From Vicugna vicugna (lineage: Eukaryota), in contig MU061538.1 in assembly GCA_013265495.1 (NCBI GenBank), positions 2,437,339 to 2,501,338 on the forward strand: a DNA stretch of 64,000 nucleotides. Reading direction: 5' to 3'. The translations under genes and the position numbers were made by a program. Of this stretch, positions 62,880 to 64,000 are shown one piece after another. Numbering within the stretch: the first letter of the stretch is position 1; each line of letters begins with the position of its first letter. The notes beneath the pieces are model-generated. The model was given only the letters and a program-made list of their open reading frames with translations. It had not been told where the DNA came from and did not search any database.

Positions 62880-63740
62880 TAAAAACAGCCAGGATGCAGG
62901 GGAGCCCAAAATGGAAGAGAAACACTAACAACAGAACAACACCGTGTTACGGATGAAGCACAAAACTACACTGAGGGGGCTGGGAAGCAAAGGACCCACA
63001 TAAGTAACTTTGGGAAGCACGATCCTGAGGGCATAAACCTGAAGACAAAGAACTGCTGTCACCTGGTGAGCAAACGTATTTTTCACAGGGTGTGGGCGGC
63101 AACTCTGAAAACACTTAATGTAGGCACCAGAATTAAACTGCTCTGCAAACACATAAACATAATGGAGATAGTGAAGACCAGACTTCTCACTGTTGGAGAC
63201 AAATGTTACAAGGAAAAGGGTGAAGCTAAAATAAACTGTGTGATGTTGGACTGGAAGCAGAGGTATTAGCAGAAACTAATGGTGATATATGTAGCTCTGA
63301 AATACAGATCGGTGTGTGTCCACGGGTTAGCACATGTGCATATAAGTCCTTGCTCTGCTCATGGAGAGACCCAGATCCAATGAGCCCCAGTAACAATGAG
63401 CACCTCCAGAGCCCAGATCTTGGTCTCTAAGCACCATCTTCCAATTTAAAAAATGCAGGGCTTCCCAGAGAAGTAACTGCACCCAGGCTGGAAAAGGGAA
63501 AAGGCAGGATGAATCTGGAACATCTTATGGGCCAGAAAGTAAGGAAATACTTGAAAAAGATAGAGTTTGTTAATAGAAGGCAGAAGCTAACCTAAAGGAA
63601 TTTCTCACGGCCAAAGTTGGAATGATTTGAGCAACAAAATAACAAATGATAATGCTAGGTTAACCCATAGACTGAAATAAATATCCATGAACCTACACTG
63701 ATATAAATAAACGATCAAATAAACGGGGGAGGAAAATCGC
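62880..63740 (+). mobile_element. L1MC/L1MD-type 3' UTR remnant
   Basis: gagcacctccagagcccagatcttggtctctaagcaccatcttccaat...gccagaaagtaaggaa...ggccaaagttggaatgatttgagcaacaaaataa...aaataaatatccatga. Confidence 0.8.
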
Positions 63741-63751
63741 TCTCTATTTGT

Positions 63752-63925
63752 GTATTTTTTACTGAAGTATAGTCAGTTTACAATGTGTCAGTTCCTGGTG
63801 TGCAGCACAACGCTTCAGCCATACATGAACATACGTACACTCCTTTCCGTGCTCTTTTTCATTGTAGGCTATTACAGGACACTGAATACAGCTCCCCGTG
63901 CTCTGCAGCAGGCCCTTGTGGTTCC
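63752..63925 (-). mobile_element. Short 5'-truncated camelid/artiodactyl L1 tail nested in the older L1
   Basis: ttttactgaagtatagtcagtttacaatgtgtcagttcctggtgtgcagcac...actgaatacagctccccgtgctctgcagcagg. Confidence 0.9.
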
Positions 63926-64000
63926 AGCTCTTTCTCACAACAGAATTCCATTTAATAAATGTAAAAGGAGAGAAGGTAGGAGTGCCAGCCCTGAATGAAC

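Larger units (their letters stand above)
1..64000 (-). other. DPP6: Window lies entirely within the DPP6 transcription unit (partial gene; introns 2517-4161, 4317-30507, 30629-60509 plus partial flanking introns)
   Basis: Four in-frame exons with canonical splice sites, in the correct order on the minus strand. No start or stop codon of the gene lies in the window. Confidence 0.95.

Noticed and set aside
4610-63925. Loss of AATAAA in sense-oriented L1 tails as selection against premature polyadenylation (AATTTA at 4.6 kb, none at 31.2 kb, AACAAA at 56.3 kb, AGTAAA at 63.8 kb)
   Set aside because: The antisense tail at 18.0 kb also lacks the signal, a sense remnant near 54.9 kb keeps ATTAAA, and general GC drift explains the decay. 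The sample is too small.
1-64000. CRISPR arrays, operons, defence systems, retroviral gag/pol/env, snRNA/rRNA/miRNA genes, processed pseudogenes
   Set aside because: None is recognisable. The window is a spliced mammalian gene with ordinary interspersed repeats. Covariance-model and BLAST searches would be needed to fully exclude small or degraded elements.

Overview
Mammalian genomic DNA, most likely a camelid (camel/alpaca/llama) judging by a Vic-1-type tRNA-derived SINE and artiodactyl-type L1 tails. The whole window lies inside the DPP6 gene (catalytically inactive dipeptidyl peptidase-like Kv4 channel subunit), which runs on the minus strand. Four consecutive coding exons were found by hand, all with AG/GT boundaries, joining into one open frame of 456 nt: 60510-60591 (82 nt), 30508-30628 (121 nt), 4162-4316 (155 nt) and 2419-2516 (98 nt). 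They match the sizes I recall for human exons 7-10 and encode part of the beta-propeller. The rest is GC-rich intron with L1, L2, MIR, MLT1A LTR, MER5/MER47 DNA transposon remnants, microsatellites, CpG-rich patches and one 207-N assembly gap. Nearly all ORFs in the supplied track are spurious. I found no prokaryotic-type system, CRISPR array or new gene, and I do not claim an undescribed system. The most notable signal is a very strong A/T-to-G/C substitution bias, seen in old repeats, at third codon positions and apparently in amino-acid changes in the DPP6 dimerisation arm. Repeat consensus and human protein comparisons are from memory and need a database check.
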